NCBI GenBank assembly: GCA_017615835.1 | Contig: JAFZZI010000004.1 | Span: 249,546 to 313,545 of the forward strand | DNA from: Bacteroidaceae bacterium | GTDB lineage: Bacteria > Bacteroidota > Bacteroidia > Bacteroidales > Bacteroidaceae | Length of the DNA stretch: 64,000 bases | Direction: 5' to 3' | Part shown: one piece after another, positions 1 to 9,983 of the stretch | Numbering within the stretch: position 1 is the stretch's first letter | Layout of the letters: every line of letters starts with the position of its first letter | The notes under the pieces: model-generated | Database searches by the model: none | Told to the model about the DNA's origin: nothing | Seen by the model: only the letters and a program-made list of their open reading frames with translations | Translations under genes and position numbers: made by a program

Positions 1-250
1 CGGCATGAAACAGCGGGTCGGATGTGAAATGAGGGCGTTCCTTAAGATACAGTCCGTTCTTTGCCCATGGAACCTCTCCATCTGTCTGAATACCCTGAAG
101 CTTTCCATCGAGAGCCTCTCTTGAAAAGAGTGAAGTGTTCAGACGTATGCTGACAGTAGGATCAGTCTCAATACTCTGAAAAAACTCTTCGGCCTCTCCT
201 TCGTGAAGGAGCTTTTTTATCTCTTCCCTGAACTGAACCGGAAGTCCCAT
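1..250 (-). CDS. 5' part of an rRNA/tRNA cytosine-C5 methyltransferase (RsmF / NOL1-NOP2-Sun-like), cut by the window edge
   Basis: Manual reverse translation from ATG at 248-250 gives MGLPVQFREEIKKLLHEGEAEEFFQSIETDPTVSIRLN...EVPWAKNGLYLKERPHFTSDPLFHA, open to position 1. The N-terminal pattern (SIRLN, VPW..G.YL..RP.FT.DPL.HA) is typical of RsmF-type enzymes. It is absent from the ORF track because there is no stop in the window. Confidence 0.55.
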   Translation of the reverse strand, partial: MGLPVQFREEIKKLLHEGEAEEFFQSIETDPTVSIRLNTSLFSREALDGKLQGIQTDGEVPWAKNGLYLKERPHFTSDPLFHA

Positions 251-290
251 TGCGTTTGCTGAAATGTTCGGCGAAGATAAATATTTTGAG

Positions 291-298
291 TAAATTTG
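291..298 (+). promoter_or_regulatory. Bacteroides-type -7 promoter box (TAAATTTG) for thyA
   Basis: Exact match to TAnnTTTG, 22 nt upstream of the ATG at 320. It overlaps the alternative start at 296, which favours the 320 start. Confidence 0.35.
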
Positions 299-319
299 TA
301 CCTCACAGAGTCTGCTTTT

Positions 320-1114
320 ATGAGACAATATCTTGATTTGCTCAACAGAATACTTACCGAGGGTGTAAGAAAGGATGATCGTACAGGTACCGGAACGCTC
401 AGCGTATTCGGCCATCAGATGAGGTTTGATCTTGATGAAGGTTTCCCGTTGCTTACAACCAAGAAACTTCATCTCAAATCCATTATTTATGAACTGTTGT
501 GGTTCCTGAACGGAGATACCAATGCCAAGTGGCTTCAGGATAGGGGAGTGCGCATTTGGAATGAATGGGCAGACCCAGACGGTAATCTGGGGCACATCTA
601 TGGCTATCAGTGGCGTTCCTGGCCAGATTACGAAGGTGGTTTCATAGATCAGATTTCCGAGGCGGTCAACACCATAAAAAACAACCCTGATTCCCGCAGA
701 ATCATTGTAAGTTCGTGGAACGTGGCTGACCTGAAGAACATGAATCTTCCGCCCTGTCATACTTTCTTTCAGTTTTATGTGGCTGAAGGACGTCTGAGTC
801 TTCAGTTATACCAGCGTTCAGCCGACACGTTCCTGGGAGTTCCCTTCAACATTGCCTCATACGCCCTTCTCCTTATGATGATGGCGCAGGTGACAGGACT
901 GAAAGCGGGTGATTTCGTTCATACTACGGGCGATACTCATCTGTATCTGAACCATCTGGATCAGGCCCGTCTTCAATTGACACGTCAGCCTCGACAACTG
1001 CCGCAAATGATGATTAATCCGGATGTCAAAAGTATATTCGACTTCAAATATGAGGATTTTGAATTGGTTGGATACGATCCGCACCCGCATATCAAGGCCG
1101 AAGTCTCAGTCTGA
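320..1114 (+). CDS. thyA: thymidylate synthase
   Basis: [38 protein letters not shown]..., the PPCH active-site motif ([13 protein letters not shown]) and the DTHLYLNH motif. It is 264 aa from the internal ATG, the classical ThyA length. Confidence 0.97.
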   Translation: MRQYLDLLNRILTEGVRKDDRTGTGTLSVFGHQMRFDLDEGFPLLTTKKLHLKSIIYELLWFLNGDTNAKWLQDRGVRIWNEWADPDGNLGHIYGYQWRSWPDYEGGFIDQISEAVNTIKNNPDSRRIIVSSWNVADLKNMNLPPCHTFFQFYVAEGRLSLQLYQRSADTFLGVPFNIASYALLLMMMAQVTGLKAGDFVHTTGDTHLYLNHLDQARLQLTRQPRQLPQMMINPDVKSIFDFKYEDFELVGYDPHPHIKAEVSV

Positions 1115-1118
1115 GCCT

Positions 1119-1610
1119 ATGGTATCAATCATTGTAGCCGTTGCCGAGAATGGGGCAATAGGTTATAAAGGAGGTTTAGTCTATCATATCTCCTCTGACC
1201 TTACGAGATTCAAGTCCCTGACTGTGGGCAACACCGTTCTGATGGGACGCAAAACCTTTCAGTCACTGCCCAAGGGTGCGCTGCCAAACCGAAGAAACAT
1301 TGTCCTGTCAAGGAATGCAGATGTCTGCCTTCCGGGTGTCGAGATCTTCAGCTCGTTTGAGGAGGCTCTCAGACATTGTGCCAAAGATGAGCATGTGTAT
1401 GTCATAGGAGGCGCTGAGATATACCGTCAGGCTCTTCCTTTTGCAAATGAACTTGAAATGACTCTCATTCACGACACTCCCGAACAGGCTGATACATTCT
1501 TTCCGGAGATTGATATGTCTGAATGGAAAGAAGTGGCCCGGGAGGACTATCCTGCCGATGGTGAAGATGAAATCTCCTATTCCTTTGTCACCTTGCACCG
1601 CAAATCCTGA
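1119..1610 (+). CDS. folA: dihydrofolate reductase
   Basis: MVSIIVAVAENGAIGYKGGLVYHISSDLTRFKSLTVGNTVLMGRKTFQSLP...VIGGAEIY is the DHFR signature. The ATG lies 4 nt after the thyA stop, and the upstream part of the ORF overlaps thyA. Confidence 0.95.
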   Translation: MVSIIVAVAENGAIGYKGGLVYHISSDLTRFKSLTVGNTVLMGRKTFQSLPKGALPNRRNIVLSRNADVCLPGVEIFSSFEEALRHCAKDEHVYVIGGAEIYRQALPFANELEMTLIHDTPEQADTFFPEIDMSEWKEVAREDYPADGEDEISYSFVTLHRKS

Positions 1611-1618
1611 ATCCGCTG

Positions 1619-3595
1619 TTACTGATATAGCCCGTACGTGGTTCGCAGAACCCTGAACTCTGTTCGGCGGTTCAGTTGGTTACATATTTCCTGCTGTTCC
1701 TCGGTCAGTGTGGTAATGAACTGTTCGGTCAGTTCCTGACCCTCTTTAAGGAACTTGTATTCCTCAGCCTGCCTGCGCGACACGACCTTTGGCCTTCCTT
1801 CACCATAACCTTTTGCTGTCAGGCGTTCCTTCTCGATGCCATGTTCAATAAGGTATTTCACGACGTTGTCAGCCCTCTGTTGTGAGAGCCTTTCGTTGTA
1901 TTGGTCATTTCCTTTGTAGTCACAATGCGCACCAAGTTCTATAGTTACGTTAGGATTGTCATTCAGAAGAATAACAAGTTCGTCCAGGGATGCTGTTGAC
2001 TCAGGTCTCAGTGTTGCCCTGTCGAAATCGAAGAAAATGTTGTCGATAAGCACAGGCTTTGTTATCGATGACAAGGGGAACTGCAATACATATTCGCGGT
2101 CTTGATCGGTGCTGTCGGCTGTCAGTTCCTGCTTAACGTTCATATAGCCTTTACACGTCCCCAGCAGCACATAGCTCGCACCAGGCGTCACGCGTATGGT
2201 GAACGAACCGTCGGTCTTCACATTTATCTTCTGATTGGTACCCTCGTCTCCTACAAGGTAAACCAACGCATCGGGCAGTTCATAGCCATCCTTTTCGTAA
2301 ACCCAGCCGGTGAGGTTGTGAACGGTTTCGGGCAGAAAGAACGAGTAGATATTGTCGCGTCCACGGCCATCATTCCTGTTTGATGAGAAGAATCCTCTTG
2401 TATAGTCACCCTCGAACGTCATGCCGAAGTCATCTGCATACGAATTGACTGGTGACTGCATGTTTGTCACCTCCCATGTCGAGTCTGTCAGTGCAATAGC
2501 CCTGAAAATGTCCAGGCCTCCCATTCCCGGCCATCCGTCCGAAGAGAAATAGAGTTCGCCGTTTCGGCGAAATGTGGGGAACATCTCATTGCCAGGAGTA
2601 TTGATGTCAGGTCCGAGATTTTCAGCACCGATGAATAATCCTCCGTTGTGAGTGCGCCAGATGTCAAGTCCGCCGAATCCGCCCTCCATGTCCGATACGA
2701 AATAGATCCACTCCCCGTCGGGCGATAAGGCAGGATGTGCGTATGAATAGAGAGTGTCGCTGGAGTTATAGTCGGTTCCGGCCTGCCATGCGGCTTCCGA
2801 CCTTTGCGAACTCATTATCTGCGCATGACGCGGAAAATCGGGATCCATGGTACAGCGCGTGAACAGCATGGTCTGAAAGTCGGACGAGAAGGTGCAGCTT
2901 CCGTCCTCATATTCACTGTTGGGGCCGGATTCTATAACCTCAGGTTTCTGCCATACTCCCTTCTCGTTCTTTTTTGAGACGAAGATGTCGCAGCTTTTCA
3001 TTCCGGTAATACCGTTTATGTTGTCGCCCTGTGATTCCTTGCGACTGGATGTGAAGTATAACTGGTCGTAGTTCTCACTGCCGAACATGGGCGAGAAATC
3101 GCTCATCCGGGAGTTGAAGACAGGTTCCAGCCTGACGGTAAACCTTGTGGGATTGTTTTTCCACTCCTGTGACAGAGTACATGATTCCAGCCCGTTAATG
3201 GCCAGTCTGTCACCGGGGCACAATTTCAGAAAAGCTTCATAGTTCTTTGCTGCATCCCTGTATTTACCCGATGCCAGTTGCATGTCGGCCAGGTAGCGGA
3301 TTGCTGTTGAATCCTTGCAGTTGTAGCGTACCGCATTCTGATAGGCAGCCAGAGCCCTCGGGAAATAGTCGATATGGCGGTAACTCTCTCCAAGCATGAA
3401 TGCCCTCTCTGCTCTTTTGGGCTTATCCTTGGCTGGAGTTGCCGCGTATGCTTTCCTGTATAGAGTCGCCGCCTCAAAGTATTCACCCAAAGCATAACTC
3501 TGGTCAGCCTTGCGCAGCTGATATTCGGCACCGCAACCGCAAAGCATGAGGGTTGTCAGTGCAGCCAGAAGTATAGCAGTCTTTCTTAGGGGCAT
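1619..3595 (-). CDS. OmpA-family outer-membrane lipoprotein with N-terminal TPR and TolB-like beta-propeller repeats
   Basis: Lipoprotein signal LMLCGCGAE. TPR-like YRKAY/YQNAVRY segments. Repeated PD40-like segments (PALSPDGEWIYFVSD, FPTFRRNGELYFSSD). C-terminal OmpA domain NIFFDFDRATLRPES...LGAHCDYKGNDQYNERLSQQRADNVVKYL. Confidence 0.9.
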   Translation of the reverse strand: MPLRKTAILLAALTTLMLCGCGAEYQLRKADQSYALGEYFEAATLYRKAYAATPAKDKPKRAERAFMLGESYRHIDYFPRALAAYQNAVRYNCKDSTAIRYLADMQLASGKYRDAAKNYEAFLKLCPGDRLAINGLESCTLSQEWKNNPTRFTVRLEPVFNSRMSDFSPMFGSENYDQLYFTSSRKESQGDNINGITGMKSCDIFVSKKNEKGVWQKPEVIESGPNSEYEDGSCTFSSDFQTMLFTRCTMDPDFPRHAQIMSSQRSEAAWQAGTDYNSSDTLYSYAHPALSPDGEWIYFVSDMEGGFGGLDIWRTHNGGLFIGAENLGPDINTPGNEMFPTFRRNGELYFSSDGWPGMGGLDIFRAIALTDSTWEVTNMQSPVNSYADDFGMTFEGDYTRGFFSSNRNDGRGRDNIYSFFLPETVHNLTGWVYEKDGYELPDALVYLVGDEGTNQKINVKTDGSFTIRVTPGASYVLLGTCKGYMNVKQELTADSTDQDREYVLQFPLSSITKPVLIDNIFFDFDRATLRPESTASLDELVILLNDNPNVTIELGAHCDYKGNDQYNERLSQQRADNVVKYLIEHGIEKERLTAKGYGEGRPKVVSRRQAEEYKFLKEGQELTEQFITTLTEEQQEICNQLNRRTEFRVLRTTYGLYQ

Positions 3596-3621
3596 ATATA
3601 TTAAACTCAGAACAGAGCATA

Positions 3622-5412
3622 TTATTGCAACCGCACTGATGAATTGTCTGCCAGGACATTTCTGGTCAGATCAGTCACCATCTGCTTCATCTCTGTTACG
3701 AATTGCTGAGAGTCGTAAGTGCCTTTCTCAATCTCGCGAAGGTGTTTTTCCCACCTTCCGGTCAGTTCGGCGCTCTTCAGCAATTCCTCGTGAATAAGAT
3801 CCATAAGTTTCATTGCTGTCGGAGTGGGGCGCAGGTTTTTCTTTTCTTTTCTGATGTAGTCGCGTTTGTAGAGAGTCTCGATTATTGCCGCACGTGTTGA
3901 AGGCCTTCCGATGCCGTTCTCCTTCAGGGCATCGCGTAGTTCTTCATTGTCAACAAATTTGCCCGCAGTCTCCATTGCCCGCAACAGTGTTGCCTCAGTG
4001 TATGGCTTGGGCGGTTGAGTCCACTTCTCAGCCAATTCAGGAACATGAGGCCCGGATTCACCAGTCTCGAATTGCGGCAGATTATTCTCCTCGTCTGTAT
4101 CTTTCTCCTTTTCGGCAGTCTTGTCTCCTTCATACACGACCCTCCAGCCAGGCATGAGTATCTCTTTGCCGGTAACCTTGAACTCTGTCTTTTCCACATT
4201 GCCCATCACTGTTGTTGTAGAGAACAGGCATTCCGGCCAGAAAGATGCTATAAAACGCCTCGCTACCAGGTCAAAGACTCTCTTTTCACTCTCGCTGAGC
4301 GCGGCCGGTTTTACTCCTGTCGGAATAATTGCATGGTGGTCAGTCACTTTCGAGTTGTCAAACACCCGTTTAGTCTTGGGTAGTTTACGTGCCAGCAATG
4401 GCTCTGTGTATTGTGAATACTCTGTCAGCCCTTTCAGAATCTGCGGACATTTCGGATATATGTCATCGCTCAGAAAAGATGTGTCAACCCTGGGGTATGT
4501 GGTTATCTTCTTTTCATACAGCGACTGAATTGTTTTCAGGGTCACGTCCGCGGACATCCCATATCTCCGGTTGCACTCCACCTGCAGAGATGTCAGGTCA
4601 AAAAGCCTCATAGGGTACTCCTTGCCCTCCTTTTTCGATACATCTGTCACATTGAAAGGCTTTCCTGATATTGACGCAAGTATCTTTTCGCCCTCCGACT
4701 TGTCAGTGAACCTTCCCTTTACCGCACTAAACTTTACATCTCTGTAGTTGGTCTTAAGTTCCCAGTATTGTTCGGGCCTGAAATTGTCAATCTCCTTCTG
4801 ACGATTCACTACAAGTGCAAGGGTGGGGGTCTGCACCCTTCCAATCGACAGAATCTGTTTCCTGTCGCTACGGTATTTCAGTGTGTAAAGCCGTGTGGCG
4901 TTCATACCCAGCAGCCAGTCGCCTATTGCCCTGCAGAGCCCTGCTTCGTAAAGCCGCTGAAAGTCGGACTGAAGTTTCAGCTGCTTGAAACCTTCGCGTA
5001 TCGATTCTTCCGTCAATGATGATATCCATAGCCTTTTCACGGGGCATTTTACGCCTACCTTTTGCATTACCCATCGCTGAATCAACTCACCCTCCTGGCC
5101 TGCATCACCACAGTTCACAATACTGTCAGCTTTCAGCATCAGTGACTCAATAATCTTGAACTGTTTCTCAATTCCTTTATCGTCAATCAGCTTGATCCCG
5201 AAGCGGGGAGGTATCATAGGCAGGCTTCCAAGACTCCATGATTTCCAGTTGTCGCTGTAGTCTGCCGGTTCCTTCAGAGTACAAAGATGGCCGAATGTCC
5301 AGGTTACCTGATAACCGTTGCCTTCTATATAGCCGTCGTGTTTTGTCCTGGCGCCCAGCACGTCGGCAATCTCCTTCGCCACGCTGGGCTTCTCTGCTAT
5401 ACATACTGTCAT
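3622..5412 (-). CDS. topB: type IA DNA topoisomerase (topoisomerase III-like)
   Basis: MTVCIAEKPSVAKEIADVLGA (Toprim), GDAGQEGELI, SIGRVQTPTLALVV, and the ITTYPRVDTSFLS region containing the catalytic tyrosine. 596 aa with no C-terminal zinc-ribbon tail. Confidence 0.9.
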   Translation of the reverse strand: MTVCIAEKPSVAKEIADVLGARTKHDGYIEGNGYQVTWTFGHLCTLKEPADYSDNWKSWSLGSLPMIPPRFGIKLIDDKGIEKQFKIIESLMLKADSIVNCGDAGQEGELIQRWVMQKVGVKCPVKRLWISSLTEESIREGFKQLKLQSDFQRLYEAGLCRAIGDWLLGMNATRLYTLKYRSDRKQILSIGRVQTPTLALVVNRQKEIDNFRPEQYWELKTNYRDVKFSAVKGRFTDKSEGEKILASISGKPFNVTDVSKKEGKEYPMRLFDLTSLQVECNRRYGMSADVTLKTIQSLYEKKITTYPRVDTSFLSDDIYPKCPQILKGLTEYSQYTEPLLARKLPKTKRVFDNSKVTDHHAIIPTGVKPAALSESEKRVFDLVARRFIASFWPECLFSTTTVMGNVEKTEFKVTGKEILMPGWRVVYEGDKTAEKEKDTDEENNLPQFETGESGPHVPELAEKWTQPPKPYTEATLLRAMETAGKFVDNEELRDALKENGIGRPSTRAAIIETLYKRDYIRKEKKNLRPTPTAMKLMDLIHEELLKSAELTGRWEKHLREIEKGTYDSQQFVTEMKQMVTDLTRNVLADNSSVRLQ

Positions 5413-5431
5413 AGGTCAGATTTAGTTTCCG

Positions 5432-5439
5432 CAAAAATA
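5432..5439 (-). promoter_or_regulatory. -7 box TATTTTTG (minus strand) for topB
   Basis: Plus strand reads CAAAAATA, which is TAnnTTTG on the minus strand, 20 nt upstream of the ATG at 5412. Confidence 0.35.
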
Positions 5440-5538
5440 CAACAAAAAGTACACAAAGAGAACCGTACCTAATGTGTAGGCGGTTGTGATACCTTTAATT
5501 TCATCCTTTAAATGTAGTACAGTTTCAGTCATATAATG

Positions 5539-5546
5539 TAATTTTG
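5539..5546 (+). promoter_or_regulatory. -7 box TAATTTTG for the 5587 lipoprotein gene
   Basis: Exact TAnnTTTG, 41 nt upstream of the ATG at 5587. Confidence 0.35.
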
Positions 5547-5586
5547 CAAAGTTATTCTTTAAGTTCAATCTAAAAGACGATTATTT

Positions 5587-6381
5587 ATGAAGTGTAAAGG
5601 ACTGCTTTTGTCATCTCTCTTTAACGTCTTTATGCGCACTATTGCATTCATGCTGCTGCTGATAGCCGGCACCGCGACGTCGTGTGCCCAGTATTACATG
5701 AATGTATTCAATAAGAACGGCGAGACGGTCCGGTTTGCAGTGACTGAACTGGACAGTGTATTCTTTACTTACAAAGAAATTCCTGCATACGAATATGTCG
5801 ATTTGGGTCTCAGCGTGAAGTGGGCGACCTTCAATGTCGGTGCCACTAAGCCGGAGGAGTTCGGCGATTACTTTGCATGGGGTGAGACGAAACCGAAGGA
5901 AGACTATTCCTGGCCTGCCTACAAGTGGTGTAACGGCTCATACGATTCTCTGACAAAGTACAATACAAAGAGCGATTACGGAACGGTTGACGATATGACT
6001 GTGCTTGACCCTGAAGATGACGTTGCCCACGTCAGGTGGGGCGGCAGTTGGCGCATGCCGACCAAAGCAGAACAGGAAGAACTCCTTGACAGCTGTACCT
6101 GGACCTGGTTCGACTCCGGCAATACAGAATTTAATGGAGTGGCCGGTTGTAAGGTTACAAGTAACGTTGAAGGTTACACAGACCGCTCCATCTTTCTTCC
6201 GGCTTCCGGGTATCGCGAATCTTTGTTACTCGGTGGCGTTGGCTACTACGGCTACTACATGAGTTCTCTTTGCTCGGGTAGTCCCTACTTTGCACGTGTC
6301 CTCGAACTAAGTTCAGATAGCCGTAGAATATACTACGCCTTCCGTTGCAACGGTCAATCTGTCCGGCCAGTCTGCCCTTAG
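5587..6381 (+). CDS. secreted/lipoprotein of the DUF1566 / FISUMP-like paralogous family (C-type-lectin-like fold)
   Basis: Signal plus lipobox LLLIAGTATSCAQ. Family motifs YVDLGLSVKWATFNVGA, GDYFAWGET, WRMPTKAEQEEL and FLPASGYR...GYYGYYMSS. The start could also be Met16 (5632). Confidence 0.7.
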   Translation: MKCKGLLLSSLFNVFMRTIAFMLLLIAGTATSCAQYYMNVFNKNGETVRFAVTELDSVFFTYKEIPAYEYVDLGLSVKWATFNVGATKPEEFGDYFAWGETKPKEDYSWPAYKWCNGSYDSLTKYNTKSDYGTVDDMTVLDPEDDVAHVRWGGSWRMPTKAEQEELLDSCTWTWFDSGNTEFNGVAGCKVTSNVEGYTDRSIFLPASGYRESLLLGGVGYYGYYMSSLCSGSPYFARVLELSSDSRRIYYAFRCNGQSVRPVCP

Positions 6382-6525
6382 GTTTTTATTTGCATGTAGT
6401 ATTCGGTGTAGAAGGTTCTATTTGTGTACTCTCTGTGTTCTTGCTGACCAAGTATGCAGAGAAAACCGTCCCTACAGTGTACAAAAAGAACTCTCCCCGC
6501 TGTGTACCTGTATATAATAAGGTTA

Positions 6526-6541
6526 GCGCGCGTACGCGCGC
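6526..6541. repeat. perfect 16-nt GC palindrome GCGCGCGTACGCGCGC
   Basis: Read directly from the sequence; it equals its own reverse complement. The strictly alternating purine-pyrimidine run extends over 6526-6544. Confidence 0.9.
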
Positions 6542-6543
6542 GT

Positions 6544-6654
6544 AAAAAAGACCCATATCTGAATAAAAAAAGACCCATATCTGTATGTGAAGAATACCCA
6601 TATCTGAACGCGAAGATATATGGGTCTTTTTGCAAGCAGACCCATATCCTTTTT
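6544..6654. repeat. array of five A-run + GACCCATATCT units (four direct, one inverted), 22-23 bp phasing
   Basis: GACCCATATCTG at 6550 and 6572, TACCCATATCTG at 6595, inverted AGATATATGGGTC at 6614-6626, GACCCATATCC at 6639. Three of the units are preceded by A5-A7 in their own orientation. Confidence 0.85.
6595..6631 (+). terminator. candidate intrinsic terminator (hairpin plus T5) downstream of the 5587 gene
   Basis: ACCCATAT(CT) at 6596-6605 pairs with (AG)ATATATGGGT at 6614-6625 (8 bp, plus 2 bp after a bulge), followed by CTTTTTG. An alternative hairpin between 6614-6626 and 6639-6649 is also followed by T5. Confidence 0.45.
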
Positions 6655-6720
6655 AGCCGGGATGTCCCGCTGCCCATGAAACAGGGCCAGTCTTTAGTTA
6701 CGAAATAGACTTTCAGCGTG

Positions 6721-6743
6721 GAAAATGCCGTCCAACGGGCATT
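6721..6743 (-). terminator. weak hairpin terminator candidate after the 6810 gene
   Basis: AATGCCG / CG(G)GCATT stem with a 5-nt loop. On the minus strand it is followed by only a short TTTTC run. Confidence 0.3.
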
Positions 6744-6809
6744 GCTGTACTGTAAAAATACCTTACAAAACGAGAATCGTTTCAACTGTATGTGATGTAC
6801 TCCTCAGTG

Positions 6810-7736
6810 TTATGAGATTACATAGAATGCCAGTACCACTGACAGGAGAAGAATCAAAGCTCCTATGATGAGGGCATAATAGAGACCTGTCTTGACAACG
6901 AGGCCGAAACTCTGCTTATAGCCTATCCCTAACATCTGATGGTAATCAATGAGAATGAGCAGCCCCATGAGCAGTATTCCTATCTCGTTTTTTTTGCCAA
7001 GAGACAATATCAGCACAAATAGCATGAATATACTGAACTGGCACAATATGTATGCAGCTGCAGTTGCCGCTGCTGCCCATCCAATAGAACGTTTTCTCAG
7101 TGCAAGGCGAATAGCTGGCCAAAGCAGGAAAAATATTCCCACGAAGTAATCTGCGCCCTGACTGCGGAGAGCACTCTCAAATGCAGCCAATGAGGCTTTT
7201 TTTGGTGAATCTATTGCCTCGGGATGCTTATCAAGCTGCATCAGTATGGATACATTGTGGAAATGGTTCAGCAACTTTTCGGTTCTTGCTGACAACTCTT
7301 TATCGCGTTCCTTTACCGAAACGGAATCTTCATCAGAATAGGAGAGTCCAATATGTGTGCCAGATACAGAATCTTCTGTAACTTCAGAATCGGATGATGT
7401 CGGTCTGAAATCCGGATGTGCAATTGATGATAACAGCGAAAAGAATGCATAGAAGATTATCAGAGATGTCAGCGGAGCCAGATAGACGTCGTGCATCCCC
7501 TTTATATAGTCGCGGATCATATAGCCCGGACGAAACAGCAGATGTATGAATGTGCGCTTGGCATCATCGTTCAAGAATGGAATGCTGTCAAATGCACCCC
7601 TGTAAAACCCTTTGATACTGCCTTCGGGCACATCATTGACTACCTTCCACTCCGACCTCCACGGATTGTAACCCAGGAGCTGCCAAATGTGGAATGCCCT
7701 GGTTCGGATCTTGAGACTATGCCTCCTACTCCTCAT
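6810..7736 (-). CDS. DUF3667-like polytopic membrane protein
   Basis: From the internal ATG at 7734-7736: MRSRRHSLKI...FIHLLFRPGYMIRDYIKGMHDVYLAPLTSLIIFYAFFSLL (the FRPGYMIRDYI motif typical of DUF3667) plus several C-terminal TM helices. The longer ORF to 8153 overlaps the mutB 3' end and is rejected. Confidence 0.7.
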   Translation of the reverse strand: MRSRRHSLKIRTRAFHIWQLLGYNPWRSEWKVVNDVPEGSIKGFYRGAFDSIPFLNDDAKRTFIHLLFRPGYMIRDYIKGMHDVYLAPLTSLIIFYAFFSLLSSIAHPDFRPTSSDSEVTEDSVSGTHIGLSYSDEDSVSVKERDKELSARTEKLLNHFHNVSILMQLDKHPEAIDSPKKASLAAFESALRSQGADYFVGIFFLLWPAIRLALRKRSIGWAAAATAAAYILCQFSIFMLFVLILSLGKKNEIGILLMGLLILIDYHQMLGIGYKQSFGLVVKTGLYYALIIGALILLLSVVLAFYVIS

Positions 7737-7755
7737 ATCTGTCTGTAAGAAATAC

Positions 7756-7772
7756 AAAAAAAAAAATTTTTT
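7756..7772. repeat. homopolymer tract A11T6
   Basis: Read directly from the sequence. It lies 20 nt upstream (minus-strand sense) of the 7736 start codon. Confidence 0.9.
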
Positions 7773-7786
7773 GCGTTTTTTAACCA

Positions 7787-7817
7787 AGAGGGGATGGCTG
7801 TTTCGGCCACCCCCTCT
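7787..7817 (-). terminator. strong hairpin just downstream of mutB (possible terminator)
   Basis: AGAGGGGATGGC (7787-7798) pairs with GCCACCCCCTCT (7806-7817) as a 12-bp stem with one mismatch. There is no immediate U-run on the minus strand; the T11 tract lies about 20 nt further on. Confidence 0.4.
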
Positions 7818-7836
7818 TGCTGTAACTGAATTGCTG

Positions 7837-9981
<2,145 letters not shown>

Positions 9982-9983
9982 AC

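Noticed and set aside
6544-6655. Reading the 22-23-bp periodic GACCCATATCT array as a mini CRISPR array.
   Set aside because: The repeat units are only 12-18 bp with 5-10 bp between them. One copy is inverted. There are no cas genes or leader in the window.
6378-6785. ORFs of 66-135 aa on both strands inside the 6382-6809 gap (6378..6785 -, 6386..6601 -, 6454..6708 +, 6345..6545 +).
   Set aside because: Their translations simply spell out the DNA repeats (for example KKDPYLN / KKRPISV / EEYPYLN). They overlap one another in several frames and have no recognisable domains or start context.
3622-6809. Topoisomerase III plus the adjacent odd region as the remnant of a conjugative or mobile element.
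   Set aside because: No integrase, transposase, relaxase, tra genes, tRNA target or flanking direct or inverted repeats could be found in the window.
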